IMG/VR virus record: IMGVR_UViG_3300027857_000016
Location: 15,999 to 79,998 of that record
Reading direction: 5' to 3' (one strand)
Source: a virus
DNA length: 64,000 bases
Part shown: positions 26,334-36,062 of the stretch, piece by piece
Layout of the letters: each line of letters starts with the position of its first letter
How positions within the stretch are numbered: the stretch's first letter is position 1
Notes under the pieces: model-generated
What the model was told of the DNA's origin: nothing
The model's input: only the letters and a program-made list of their open reading frames with translations
The model's database searches: none
Position numbers and translations under genes: made by a program

Positions 26334-28187
26334 ATGGCAATAGACCTCTCCTCACAGACAATAGACGTTTGGCCTGAAGGTGCTGAAGAGCAGGGAATTG
26401 CTCGTTCCATGACCATGGACGAGCGCAATAAAGTTGATGACTCAGACTTTGCGTGGCCCGACGCCCCCGACCATCCAAAGTACCCCGTTCACGACCAGGC
26501 TCATCTGGATGCTGCTGCAAAATTGATAGGACGTGCCCCTGCTGACAAACAGGACGAAATCAAAGCGCGTGCCAAAAGAATCGCTAAGCGTAAGGGTCTC
26601 AAACTTCCTGATAGCTGGGAAGAGGGCAGCGCAAAAGACGATAGCACCAAAGATCGTGCCGTTGGAACGGAAGCGTCCTCTCCCAACATCCAGGTCACGA
26701 TTGACGGAGCCATGCTTGCTGCCACCACTACGAGTACCAACGTTATTGCCGATATCACCCTCCACCGAGCAGCTGGAATGAATCACGATCCCTTCACGGG
26801 TACACACAGTCATGCGCACCCAGCATTTGGCAGTCAAGGGGACGACGAGATGCATGAACATGAGCATAGCCACGATGGAGATGCTGACCACAAGCATAGT
26901 CATGCCCACACGTCGGATGAAAAGAAGGATCGCTCTGTGGGTTCCATCGTTCAGGTGAGTGACCGTCATGTGATGTCTCTGCCTCTTGTGCGTATCGATG
27001 CAGCAAAACGGGAGGTCTGGGGGCAGGCAACGGCTGAAGTCCCTGACAGTTATGGGACGATCTTTGGATACTATCCCGAAGCCTGGACGCAGTGGCGAGG
27101 CAATATCAGGGAGCAGCATGATCCCAAGAAGGCGGTAGGCAAGCGTGTTGATCTTGATTGTAATGATCAGGAACGCGCTGTTTATGTGGGATCTCGTGTG
27201 AGCCGTGGAGCGCAAGACACCTGGCTCAAGGTAGAGGACAACGTGCTGACAGGGTATAGCGCCTCCATTATCCCCGATGCTGAGTATGGCAATGACCCAC
27301 GACGCTGGCCAAAGAAAGAATACAACGGAAAAGAATATCCCTACCTCCCCCGCTATACCGTTGCTGAGTTATCCCTCGTTGATAATCCAGCCTGTCCTGG
27401 CTGCAATATCCAGATTGTGCGAGCTGATGGTTTTGCTACCGATGTTCTTGACCTGACTGAAGAAGAACCAGAGCAACCCAAACCAGTAGAGCGAGCAGGG
27501 GCCAGAGTCTCTGGCGCAACACGCGTCTCGAATCACAAATCCATTGGACATACCCTTCGAGCAGCTATCTCACAAATGCAGAACTGTGGGGGTGACTGCC
27601 CTCAGTGTACTGCTGCTATGAAAATCATTGATCCTGATGGGGATGGCGATATCGATCTTGGAGGCTATGACGACTCTGATGGTGACTGGCAATCGCTCTA
27701 CAATGGCAAACAAGAGGACATGGAGCGCGTGGTCACTGAACTCATCGAACGCTCACTCCAACCCGTCTATGCGCGATTTCAGGGCATTGCAGGCACCCTT
27801 GCTCGCAATAATGCTCTTCCAACGAATATTGATTCTCTGATTTCATCCTCCATCTCACGCGCATTTGAAGCGATTGACGCCAAGCTTACGGCGCTTCCGA
27901 CAGAGGCAAGCCTCGCTGAAGTACGCGCTGAATTGTCAGCGGTAAAAGAGCGGGTTGTCCAGATTGCAGAGCAGCCGATGCCAGGGGGGCCGATTCTCAA
28001 TGCAGGCGTGATGCCACGGGCGATTGAAAAGCAACTCCCAACTGATCCTCCCTACGCACCACCACGACCATCGATGGGGTCGGTGTATGACGCGATTGCA
28101 ACGATGTCACGGCAGGGTCAGCTCGATACCGAAGATAAACAAGTTGATGCAATGTACGCTGGCCTGCTGGCACAGCGCAGGAGATAG
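26334..28187 (+). CDS. Prohead protease/scaffold fusion with His-rich insert
   Basis: REVWGQATAE, NIREQHD..AVGK, GYSASI, ELSLVDNPA (HK97-type protease); C-terminal coil. Confidence 0.85.
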   Translation: MAIDLSSQTIDVWPEGAEEQGIARSMTMDERNKVDDSDFAWPDAPDHPKYPVHDQAHLDAAAKLIGRAPADKQDEIKARAKRIAKRKGLKLPDSWEEGSAKDDSTKDRAVGTEASSPNIQVTIDGAMLAATTTSTNVIADITLHRAAGMNHDPFTGTHSHAHPAFGSQGDDEMHEHEHSHDGDADHKHSHAHTSDEKKDRSVGSIVQVSDRHVMSLPLVRIDAAKREVWGQATAEVPDSYGTIFGYYPEAWTQWRGNIREQHDPKKAVGKRVDLDCNDQERAVYVGSRVSRGAQDTWLKVEDNVLTGYSASIIPDAEYGNDPRRWPKKEYNGKEYPYLPRYTVAELSLVDNPACPGCNIQIVRADGFATDVLDLTEEEPEQPKPVERAGARVSGATRVSNHKSIGHTLRAAISQMQNCGGDCPQCTAAMKIIDPDGDGDIDLGGYDDSDGDWQSLYNGKQEDMERVVTELIERSLQPVYARFQGIAGTLARNNALPTNIDSLISSSISRAFEAIDAKLTALPTEASLAEVRAELSAVKERVVQIAEQPMPGGPILNAGVMPRAIEKQLPTDPPYAPPRPSMGSVYDAIATMSRQGQLDTEDKQVDAMYAGLLAQRRR

Positions 28188-28189
28188 AC

Positions 28190-29965
28190 ATGACTGTAAC
28201 GGATAACGTCATACAGGGTCAATTGCCACCAGGCGCACAAAAGAGCGTTGGCGATAGTAAACATGCCGCTGGTGTGATTGATGAGTCCTTGTATACCGAA
28301 ACCGATGTGCTTGCTAATCAGGCTCGCATGATGGCACGTGCTCGCAATGGCATCGCGTATGAAAACGGAGACGAATTTTCAGACCGCTTCGTGAGGGATG
28401 TGCGCGGGATGAACATGCCAAAACAATACGTTCATCAACGATTGAGCCAGGATACCATCAACGCTCTTCAGACTGGCAGCCAACAGCGCGATCAGCAGTA
28501 TATCGGGAATAACGCCGATTGGACCGGGTACTATCTGGAGCCATTGGCGAAATTTATTGTGCCGTATGACACTCCAGTGCGCAATATGCTGCCACGCTCA
28601 CCAAGTGTAGGCATCGATGTCGAGAACTGGCGTGCCATCACGGATGTGTTTGGCGGTACTGGCCCAACGGTCGGACAGTTCATCCTCGCACAGCAGACCG
28701 CACCACAGAAGGCATCATATACCTGGGCGAATAAAAGCAATGTCCTGCGTCAACTTGCCTTCTCCGACGTGGTGACCTTTGAGTCTGAGTTGTTTGGTCG
28801 GATGTTCGAGCCGGATGTTCGAGCCAAGGTTGCTAGTAAACTTGCCCCGTCGCTTATGCTTGGGCAAGAGGTCTGGTACTTAAACGCCGCGCAGAACCTG
28901 TGGAATCCACCGCCTCCAAATACGCCAACCACAGCAACAACAGGTGGAACCGTTGCCGCTGCTACCTATTGGATCATCACAACCGCCGTGAATGCACAGG
29001 GCGAGACGTTGGCATACTCATTGCCACCAGCTTCTTCTTCTGTCCCATTCGCTATCTCTCAGACTACCTCTGGGAGTACCAGCACACTCTCATTCAATAT
29101 CATGAGGGTCCCGAACGCGGTCAGTTACAACGTCTATGTCGGATCTGGTTCAACACAACCTGCAAACTCTGCAATGTGGCGACAGTCAGCAACCACCCAG
29201 TTTGGCGGTTCGACTGCCCTCAATGATCCCGGCGGACTAGCCAGTGGGTACTTCAACGTCACGATGAGTGCAGCGCCTGCCACTTCTGGTACAGCATACT
29301 CAACGGTGGTGACCGCAGGCAATACGGCGGTTGCCTATACTTCTGGTGGTGGTGGCACTCCAGCCAACCAGACACTGACCTTTGATGGCATCCAGTCACT
29401 CACCTACCTCAATGCGGGCACACTTTCAACCGTTGGTGTTGGTGGCGAGACAGCAACAGTCAGACGCGTATCAGATACAGGTGGCGCTCTCGCTAAGACG
29501 GATATTGACGGGTGGCTAGAGGCCATGTACCTCAATGCCCGTGCCAACCCTGAATGCCTCCTTGTCTCCGTGAAAGATCACAAGGCCCTCAGCAATATCA
29601 TCACCACATCCACCAATTATCGCGTCAACGTCCAGCCCACCGGGCCGTCTCAGACCGATTTGGTCGGAGGAGGCCGTGCGACGAAATGGATCAATCAGAC
29701 GACAGGACGAGTAATGGACATCATTATGACTCCGTATCTGATGCAAGGGACGATTTTGGCTCTTTCGCTTACCCTTCCTTTCCAGGTAGCAGAAATTGAT
29801 AAACCGCCATTACGGGTATCTGTGAACAGAGATATGTGGGCAATGGAATATCCACCTGACCAGTCTCACACTACACAATGGCTCTATAGCTGTTTTTCAA
29901 GCGAGACAGTTGTAAACCAATTTTTGGGCGGTGCTGGAGCGCTCGTAGGCTTAGTGACTGCTTAA
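28190..29965 (+). CDS. Major capsid protein with inserted beta-rich domain
   Basis: Position after protease; LEPLAKFIVPYDTPVRNMLPR; central YWIITTAVNAQGET..SYNVYVG insertion. Confidence 0.85.
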   Translation: MTVTDNVIQGQLPPGAQKSVGDSKHAAGVIDESLYTETDVLANQARMMARARNGIAYENGDEFSDRFVRDVRGMNMPKQYVHQRLSQDTINALQTGSQQRDQQYIGNNADWTGYYLEPLAKFIVPYDTPVRNMLPRSPSVGIDVENWRAITDVFGGTGPTVGQFILAQQTAPQKASYTWANKSNVLRQLAFSDVVTFESELFGRMFEPDVRAKVASKLAPSLMLGQEVWYLNAAQNLWNPPPPNTPTTATTGGTVAAATYWIITTAVNAQGETLAYSLPPASSSVPFAISQTTSGSTSTLSFNIMRVPNAVSYNVYVGSGSTQPANSAMWRQSATTQFGGSTALNDPGGLASGYFNVTMSAAPATSGTAYSTVVTAGNTAVAYTSGGGGTPANQTLTFDGIQSLTYLNAGTLSTVGVGGETATVRRVSDTGGALAKTDIDGWLEAMYLNARANPECLLVSVKDHKALSNIITTSTNYRVNVQPTGPSQTDLVGGGRATKWINQTTGRVMDIIMTPYLMQGTILALSLTLPFQVAEIDKPPLRVSVNRDMWAMEYPPDQSHTTQWLYSCFSSETVVNQFLGGAGALVGLVTA

Positions 29966-30016
29966 ATAAATAGTGTATCTATTAGTCCGATCTGGCTCAA
30001 GAAGCCGGTTTATCGG

Positions 30017-30145
30017 TTGACCTTAACAACAAAATAGAGTACAATGCATGTGGTTGTCTAGGGACGGATTGATCATCCGTTCCGAAGAAGCGTTACCTTG
30101 ACGCTCTGGCAACCACCACGATCAAGGTTAAACTTAAGGAGTTTA
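30017..30145 (+). ncRNA. Promoter plus three-way-junction/pseudoknot leader RNA
   Basis: TTGACC-17-TACAAT; P1 30050-30061/30106-30116; loop ACCTTGA complementary to TCAAGGT (30122-30128); SD hairpin 30129-30145. Confidence 0.6.
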
Positions 30146-30150
30146 GAACT

Positions 30151-31023
30151 ATGCCTCAGTGTGGCATCTATCAGATCGTAAACACGATCACTGGTGACTG
30201 TTATGTTGGCAGTGCTGTTAATTTTCATGTACGCAAATTGCGTCACCTCAACGAATTACGGCAAGGTATCCATCATTCTCTCCATCTCCAACGTGCATAC
30301 GATAAGTACGGCAAAGATGTCTTCGTTTTCACTTTTCTCGAAGATGTTATAAGAGATCGAGATACCCTCTTCCAGCGTGAAAGCCATTGGGTACAGCAAC
30401 TACATCCTCAGTACAACACAGGCAAAGTAAATGCAACTGCCCTTGGCGCGAAACGGACAGAAGAAACCCGTAAGCGCATAACTGAAAAAGCTACGGGACG
30501 GAAGCATTCTGAGGAAACTAGGCGAAAGCAATCAGAACGTAAGTTCGGTATCAAACAATCTCCCGAATTCATACAGAAGCGCTCAGAAGGCATGCTTGGT
30601 CACGCAGTTTCTGAGGAAAATCGCCAGAAATTTGCTGAAAGAAGTCGTGAGATGTGGGCAAATCGCACACCTGAAGAAAAGCGTGCGATTGTAGAAAAGC
30701 GTTCACCTGAAGTTCAAGAGAAGAATCGAGAACGAATGCGTGAACTTGGCAAAGATCCTGACAGGATTGCACATATCAAGCAAGTGCATTTGGGTGCCAA
30801 GCGGTCTGAAGAGACACGTCAGAAGCAACGTGAGGCGTGGGTAAGACGGAAACAAAGACAACTGGAGAATCCGAAACCTCCAGTAGAAAATACGCAGCCT
30901 CCCAAAGAGTATAAGTACTCTGAGGAGACTCGAAGAAGGATGTCTGAAGGGAAAAAGGCATCCTGGGACAAAAAGAAAGCCGCGCAAGCGGAAACGATAC
31001 AACAACAAAATCTGTTTGATTAA
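30151..31023 (+). CDS. GIY-YIG homing endonuclease with NUMOD3 repeats
   Basis: GIYQIVN..YVGSA..R..RH..LQRAYDKYG..PQYN; repeated KRSEETR.K. Confidence 0.93.
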   Translation: MPQCGIYQIVNTITGDCYVGSAVNFHVRKLRHLNELRQGIHHSLHLQRAYDKYGKDVFVFTFLEDVIRDRDTLFQRESHWVQQLHPQYNTGKVNATALGAKRTEETRKRITEKATGRKHSEETRRKQSERKFGIKQSPEFIQKRSEGMLGHAVSEENRQKFAERSREMWANRTPEEKRAIVEKRSPEVQEKNRERMRELGKDPDRIAHIKQVHLGAKRSEETRQKQREAWVRRKQRQLENPKPPVENTQPPKEYKYSEETRRRMSEGKKASWDKKKAAQAETIQQQNLFD

Positions 31024-31077
31024 CTCCTCTTCCTCCATTGGAACGAGTTAACAAACGTTCTAATGGAGGTTTCCTCT

Positions 31078-31425
31078 ATGGACAATCCGAATGTGGCATC
31101 CACGACTGGCGAGGCGATTCCTTTTTCGACGTCTGTCCCACCTGTGGTGAGCAAGTCTGGTCACCCATTCCAGCAAGTGGAACCATTTGCTGTTGCTGCA
31201 AATACCTCGCAAACACCGATGAGTTTTGAGACAACCGTCAAAACCTCCTATGAACTTGCGAACAGTGAAGCCGTACAAGGGGCAAAATACACCTTTGGGC
31301 AGCAGGGGTCCATTCCTGGACAGCCACCGATGGTACCAAAGGGGTCGCTTCCATCATTTGAAAAGCTCGATATGAAACCATTGCCTATGCAGGGGTTACC
31401 TACGCCCCCAGACTATAAACCGTAA
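31078..31425 (+). CDS. Pro-rich hypothetical protein
   Basis: GGAGG RBS. Confidence 0.65.
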   Translation: MDNPNVASTTGEAIPFSTSVPPVVSKSGHPFQQVEPFAVAANTSQTPMSFETTVKTSYELANSEAVQGAKYTFGQQGSIPGQPPMVPKGSLPSFEKLDMKPLPMQGLPTPPDYKP

Positions 31426-31465
31426 TCAGGGCATCCATGTGGGATGGAAGGGATGAGAGAGAACG

Positions 31466-32908
31466 ATGCCAACACCACCAACTGATGGGAGTTTGCCAAG
31501 AGATGTTGCAGGGTTTCCTGCAGATGGTGTCTATGTTTCAAACACTGGCACGGTTGCTGCAATGGGGGGCACGCTCACTACTGATAATCTGAATATTCCG
31601 AGTGCGCCGCCCGTTATTCAAATGGGTGATGGATCAACGCCCTCGCTTCGGGCGACGATCACCGCTTTTCACTCTGCTGATCATCAGTATTTAGGGGCCA
31701 ACGCGAACGGACTCAATACGGGCGGCTATACCCAACTTCTGACGGTCGATGGATATGGAGATAGGCAGCGTGAAACAGGGGTTGACGGTATTTCAGCGAT
31801 AGGCATTGCGACTGGTGCTGCTCAATTCGCACAGTTCTTTGCCACAACGGTCCCAACAACAGGAACGCTTACTTCAGGACAGGCGACAGGAACGATTACC
31901 CCGGCCTCTATGTTTGGCATTCAGGTCGGGGCTGTGCTCACGGTGGACACTGGGGCAAGTGTCGAAGTGGTGATGGTTACGGGTCTTCCGAGCGCCTCTA
32001 CGGCGACGGTTGTTCCTGTCAACGGTGCCCCTACAGCACCCACCTTTAAATTTACCCATACTCCTTCCTATACCGTCACCGGCTTTGTCTACAACCAGGA
32101 GCGTGATGCATCTGGGGAGAACTCAGGCGCATCTGGCAAGGGAACGGCGGTTGCCGCCGAGTATGAGTACGCTTCAGGTGGACCTGCCCTCGCCAATGGG
32201 ACGCCCTCTCAACTCCAATACGACCGTGAAGTGGCAGCCCTTGGCAAAGTAGCGAGCAATGCAGGCGCAGGTTTTGCCATATCAAGCACGACTGCTGGTG
32301 ACACCATTCTGACGCCAACGACACCAGGGAACTTCAAGACCCTCACCCCTGGACAGTGGATCAGGCTGTCAGGATCTGGCACGAATGAGTACGTGCGTGT
32401 CCATGACTCCTATACCATTGCTACAGCACCTGCCACCATCCCACTCACTTCTCCTGTGGTCAATACCGGGCAAACCACCGCAACCTGGGATGCCTTTGGC
32501 GCAAACGGACCAGGGCAGACCCCTGTATTGTGGACAGGCGAAGGCTTTGAAGGTGTCTTGCTCAATGATCGAGCGAACGCAGGGTTTGCGCGTGCCTGGC
32601 AAGGGAATACGGTTGGTGAGGCCGCAGTCACCAACGGGGGATTGCAGACAACACAGACAACACCTACATCACTGACCGTCATCAAGGCGAGTCCTGGTCG
32701 TTTAGCACGCATCCTGGTCTCTGTGGCGAACGGGGCAAACCCGATCCTTATCTATGACAATGCGTCGGCTGCCAGTGGAACGGTTATCGGCGCGGTGGCA
32801 GCTTCTGCCGCGATTGGAACGGCTGTGGATTGTCAGATGCCAGCCGCTAATGGAATCACGATTGCGGCAACCGCCAGCGCGGGCACCATTACGGTGAGTT
32901 GGAGCTAA
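31466..32908 (+). CDS. Virion decoration/fibre-like protein
   Basis: Thr/Gly/Ala-rich; C-terminal GRL..IYDNA domain shared with 36063 and 36534. Confidence 0.7.
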   Translation: MPTPPTDGSLPRDVAGFPADGVYVSNTGTVAAMGGTLTTDNLNIPSAPPVIQMGDGSTPSLRATITAFHSADHQYLGANANGLNTGGYTQLLTVDGYGDRQRETGVDGISAIGIATGAAQFAQFFATTVPTTGTLTSGQATGTITPASMFGIQVGAVLTVDTGASVEVVMVTGLPSASTATVVPVNGAPTAPTFKFTHTPSYTVTGFVYNQERDASGENSGASGKGTAVAAEYEYASGGPALANGTPSQLQYDREVAALGKVASNAGAGFAISSTTAGDTILTPTTPGNFKTLTPGQWIRLSGSGTNEYVRVHDSYTIATAPATIPLTSPVVNTGQTTATWDAFGANGPGQTPVLWTGEGFEGVLLNDRANAGFARAWQGNTVGEAAVTNGGLQTTQTTPTSLTVIKASPGRLARILVSVANGANPILIYDNASAASGTVIGAVAASAAIGTAVDCQMPAANGITIAATASAGTITVSWS

Positions 32909-32934
32909 ATCGAGGAAGAAGGAGGGGCATCATC

Positions 32935-33156
32935 ATGACACACGCGAGTCCAGGAGATCCGCTCAACCCTGCGCAGGAAACGAGTGCAGAAGGGTTGCCA
33001 GGAGGCGGGTTTCTCATTCCATCTCATGTGATGAACGTGGGAAGTGGGCAGTATAGCATGTGTACGCCCGTGCTCCTGCCAGTTCCTCTTCAACACGCTC
33101 AATACAAGAGTACCGACGTGCCTTTTCGTCCATTGCGGGCAGACTACAAGCCGTGA
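32935..33156 (+). CDS. Hypothetical protein
   Basis: AGGAGG RBS; ends DYKP like the 31078 gene. Confidence 0.55.
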   Translation: MTHASPGDPLNPAQETSAEGLPGGGFLIPSHVMNVGSGQYSMCTPVLLPVPLQHAQYKSTDVPFRPLRADYKP

Positions 33157-33162
33157 GGGTGA

Positions 33163-34065
33163 ATGAACACGTACATCAGTTGGTTCGACTGGCAAAGGAC
33201 GACGACGGGGTTAGAGTGGTTGTCTCTGGTAGGAAATACGGGGAGAGTAGGAAGCACCATCAGCATAGGGGCAACCTCTCTTCCTATCACACCCGCCTTA
33301 ACAACTGTTCAGGTGAATCAATGGGATGTCATTACGGTTTTCGATGGATCTAGTTCAGAGGTGGTCACAGCGACGGCGGGAGCAAGCATTGGAGCAACCA
33401 GCATACCAATCACCGCGACAACCTTTGCCCATAGTGCAGGGACGCCCTATTGCACTGATGGAGTGCTCGGGAGTCTGGCAGATCAGATCGTAAAGGCCTC
33501 CCAGTGGCTGGAAACTATTTGTCGGCAATCTCTGTTCTTGACGACCTATACCAATGAGGAGTTAGCGATGCCATCGATGAGAGCGTCTATCGACAATGCC
33601 TATGCATTGCACTTTCGCCCTCGCCATTGGCCTATTCAATCCTTAACCAGTCTTTCTATCGCAGGAACACCAGGAACGGCGATCTCATTTGACCCAACCC
33701 AGGTCTTTATCAACTCAGACAAACAAATTTGTACGATGCCCAACATGCAGCCCTTACCACTGCCAGGAAGTGGACAGGCACCGTACCCGATTTGGAATGT
33801 CCCATCGAGACAACGTATGGCACAGTTGACCTTGACCTATCAGGCAGGGTACGCAGCATCGGCCATGCCACCTGACGTGACAGAAGCCGCCGTCTTATTG
33901 ACTTCTGATCTCCTGGCGAAACGACAAAATCCCATTGGTGCGCCTGACCTTGGAAGTGGGAACCGGCATATTTCAGCCGTGCTCAGAGGCGATAATTCAG
34001 GTGAAAGCCTCCTTGCAAAAAGAGCGATGCGTATTTTAGAAAACTATATGATGCAATCTTTTTAA
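33163..34065 (+). CDS. Head-tail connector (gp6-like) with inserted domains
   Basis: IVKASQWLETICRQ..TYQAGY...PPDVTEAAVLL..ILENY. Confidence 0.8.
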   Translation: MNTYISWFDWQRTTTGLEWLSLVGNTGRVGSTISIGATSLPITPALTTVQVNQWDVITVFDGSSSEVVTATAGASIGATSIPITATTFAHSAGTPYCTDGVLGSLADQIVKASQWLETICRQSLFLTTYTNEELAMPSMRASIDNAYALHFRPRHWPIQSLTSLSIAGTPGTAISFDPTQVFINSDKQICTMPNMQPLPLPGSGQAPYPIWNVPSRQRMAQLTLTYQAGYAASAMPPDVTEAAVLLTSDLLAKRQNPIGAPDLGSGNRHISAVLRGDNSGESLLAKRAMRILENYMMQSF

Positions 34066-34094
34066 TTCATGAGAGGTGAAGCATTTCAGAGGAC

Positions 34095-34409
34095 GTGAGG
34101 GCAAACATCACAAGAGCAGGAGTCAACACTCCCATAGCCACAAACATTGTTTTGCAGTTAGATGAGATGAATGCACTGGAAGCAGCGAGCTATCAGGGGG
34201 CAGACCCGCACTTTACCTATAAGGTCTACACCACGATGCTGCCAGTAGGAAACCCTCAATTGGTCCAATTTCGTGATTACCTGATTGATCAGGTGGTGAT
34301 TGACGCAGTCACCAATGCACCGCGCAAATTTCTGATTATTGGCGAACCGAAAATGCATATCGCTGATGGACATTGGCAAATGGTTGTAACCCGCATGAGA
34401 GGATCATGA
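34095..34409 (+). CDS. Probable head-closure protein
   Basis: Size and position after connector. Confidence 0.55.
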   Translation: MRANITRAGVNTPIATNIVLQLDEMNALEAASYQGADPHFTYKVYTTMLPVGNPQLVQFRDYLIDQVVIDAVTNAPRKFLIIGEPKMHIADGHWQMVVTRMRGS

Positions 34410-34457
34410 TATTTCACCTTGTTTTACCGTATATAAGTGATAGTGAGGAGATACAAT

Positions 34458-34685
34458 ATGCAACAACATGTCACACAAGCAGAGCATCAGGTGTTGGCAG
34501 AGGCTCATACAAAACTGCATGCGGCTCATGTCCAACTCCGTGATGACCATGAACTGTTGACAAAGGCACATCAGGAGTTGAGTGAGCGTGTAACAGCACT
34601 GGAGAAGCATGCAACTCCTGCTCCCGGCACGACGACAGCAAGCAGCGTTCGTAAACCAGTGATCCAGAAGACGGGCGAGCACTAG
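34458..34685 (+). CDS. Small His-periodic coiled-coil protein
   Basis: GAGGAG RBS; His roughly every 7 residues. Confidence 0.6.
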   Translation: MQQHVTQAEHQVLAEAHTKLHAAHVQLRDDHELLTKAHQELSERVTALEKHATPAPGTTTASSVRKPVIQKTGEH

Positions 34686-34795
34686 AGGCGACGGGAAGAG
34701 GACGGTGAGGGGGAGGCGCGGTGTGGATGCTGTGTTCGTAGTGGGTGATCGCCTCGCCCGATCCGTCGCCTCTCATAAAAGAGAAAGAATGCAGG

Positions 34796-35032
34796 ATGAA
34801 ACAAACAAAAGCCATGCCAGTCCTCTCGACTACTGCGACCGTGGTCGAGGAAGTGAAGACGCCAGAACAGCGCCTTGTCGCCATTGAACAGCGTCTTGAG
34901 TCCTTGGAAAGGCAGGCTCACACTGAGCATACCATTGGTGAAACGACATTAGAGACGATTGCTACTCATGTTCTGCGTCGTTTAACAGAGCATTTGCAGC
35001 ACACGTTTGGGCAGACGGATACACAGATCTAA
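34796..35032 (+). CDS. Small coiled-coil protein
   Basis: RLVAIEQRLESLERQ. Confidence 0.55.
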   Translation: MKQTKAMPVLSTTATVVEEVKTPEQRLVAIEQRLESLERQAHTEHTIGETTLETIATHVLRRLTEHLQHTFGQTDTQI

Positions 35033-35074
35033 CCCGCTTTCAGGGGAAGTAGAGAGAAGAAGAGGAGAAATGTT

Positions 35075-35965
35075 ATGCCACTCAATCCAGGTGCCGCCGA
35101 TTTTCTCACGACGCCTCCTGCCCCAACGGTTGTCCAAAATGCTGTTGGAGCCAGTGCGGCGATTACCTATTCCATCGTCTTTGTCAACGCATCCGGCCAG
35201 GATTCTATACCTAGCCCAACAACGGTGACCGGAGCAAACAATGCCTCAACAGCCAATAATACGCTTTCCTGGGCAGCTCAGGCGGGGGTTATAGGAACCC
35301 GTATTCTGAAGAACGGCAACCTCCTTGCGACGGTTGGTCCGGGTGTGACCTCCTACACTGATAGCGCAGGAAGTGCTGGTATTGCCTACACGGCCTATAC
35401 CGCTAATCCAACGGCGATGGTCCCTTCAACGAATAGCCCGATTGATGGAGGCTACGCCACCTATTCGGCATCGATGCAGGCACTGGTGGCTGTCACTGGA
35501 TGTACTGATCTCTTCACCATCTATGGAAGCGCAACCAAGACAGTTAAAGTGACGAAAGTGACCATTGTGGGTACGACCATCACGACCCCGATTGTGTCTG
35601 AAGTCCAGCTTATCAAACGATCATCTGTGAATACAACAGGAACAAGTTCTGCACCAACCAATCTGGTTGCGTATGACAGTAACAGTCCAGCAGCGACAGC
35701 AACGGTCTTAGGATATACAGCAAACCCAGGAGGCCTGGGGACGGTTGCAGGTATCATCAGTGCCTCGAAGATCATCCTCAATATCGTCCCAACATCAACC
35801 TTAGATGTCGCCCCTGATCGCTATATTCAGGAGTTTGGTGGAGGTCGTCCCTCGCAATGCCCGACACTTCGCGGTGTAGCTCAGGGACTCTGCGTCAACC
35901 TGGTGGCAACAGCCTTTTCCACTGCCGCAACATTTGATGTTGCCTTTGAATGGTGCGAATTCTAG
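35075..35965 (+). CDS. Virion structural protein
   Basis: N-terminus resembles the MCP insertion domain (TYSIVFVNASGQDS). Confidence 0.7.
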   Translation: MPLNPGAADFLTTPPAPTVVQNAVGASAAITYSIVFVNASGQDSIPSPTTVTGANNASTANNTLSWAAQAGVIGTRILKNGNLLATVGPGVTSYTDSAGSAGIAYTAYTANPTAMVPSTNSPIDGGYATYSASMQALVAVTGCTDLFTIYGSATKTVKVTKVTIVGTTITTPIVSEVQLIKRSSVNTTGTSSAPTNLVAYDSNSPAATATVLGYTANPGGLGTVAGIISASKIILNIVPTSTLDVAPDRYIQEFGGGRPSQCPTLRGVAQGLCVNLVATAFSTAATFDVAFEWCEF

Positions 35966-36062
35966 CCTAATAAACCTATAACCCGTTATGTTGGGCAATG
36001 CATAACACTGTATTTTATAGCGTGTTTGAGAAACGGTATGCAAAGGTGGAAGGGGGCGTGGC

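Noticed and set aside
34684-34773. 11-bp long-range stem between two small genes
   Set aside because: Single GC-rich copy with no promoter or covariation support
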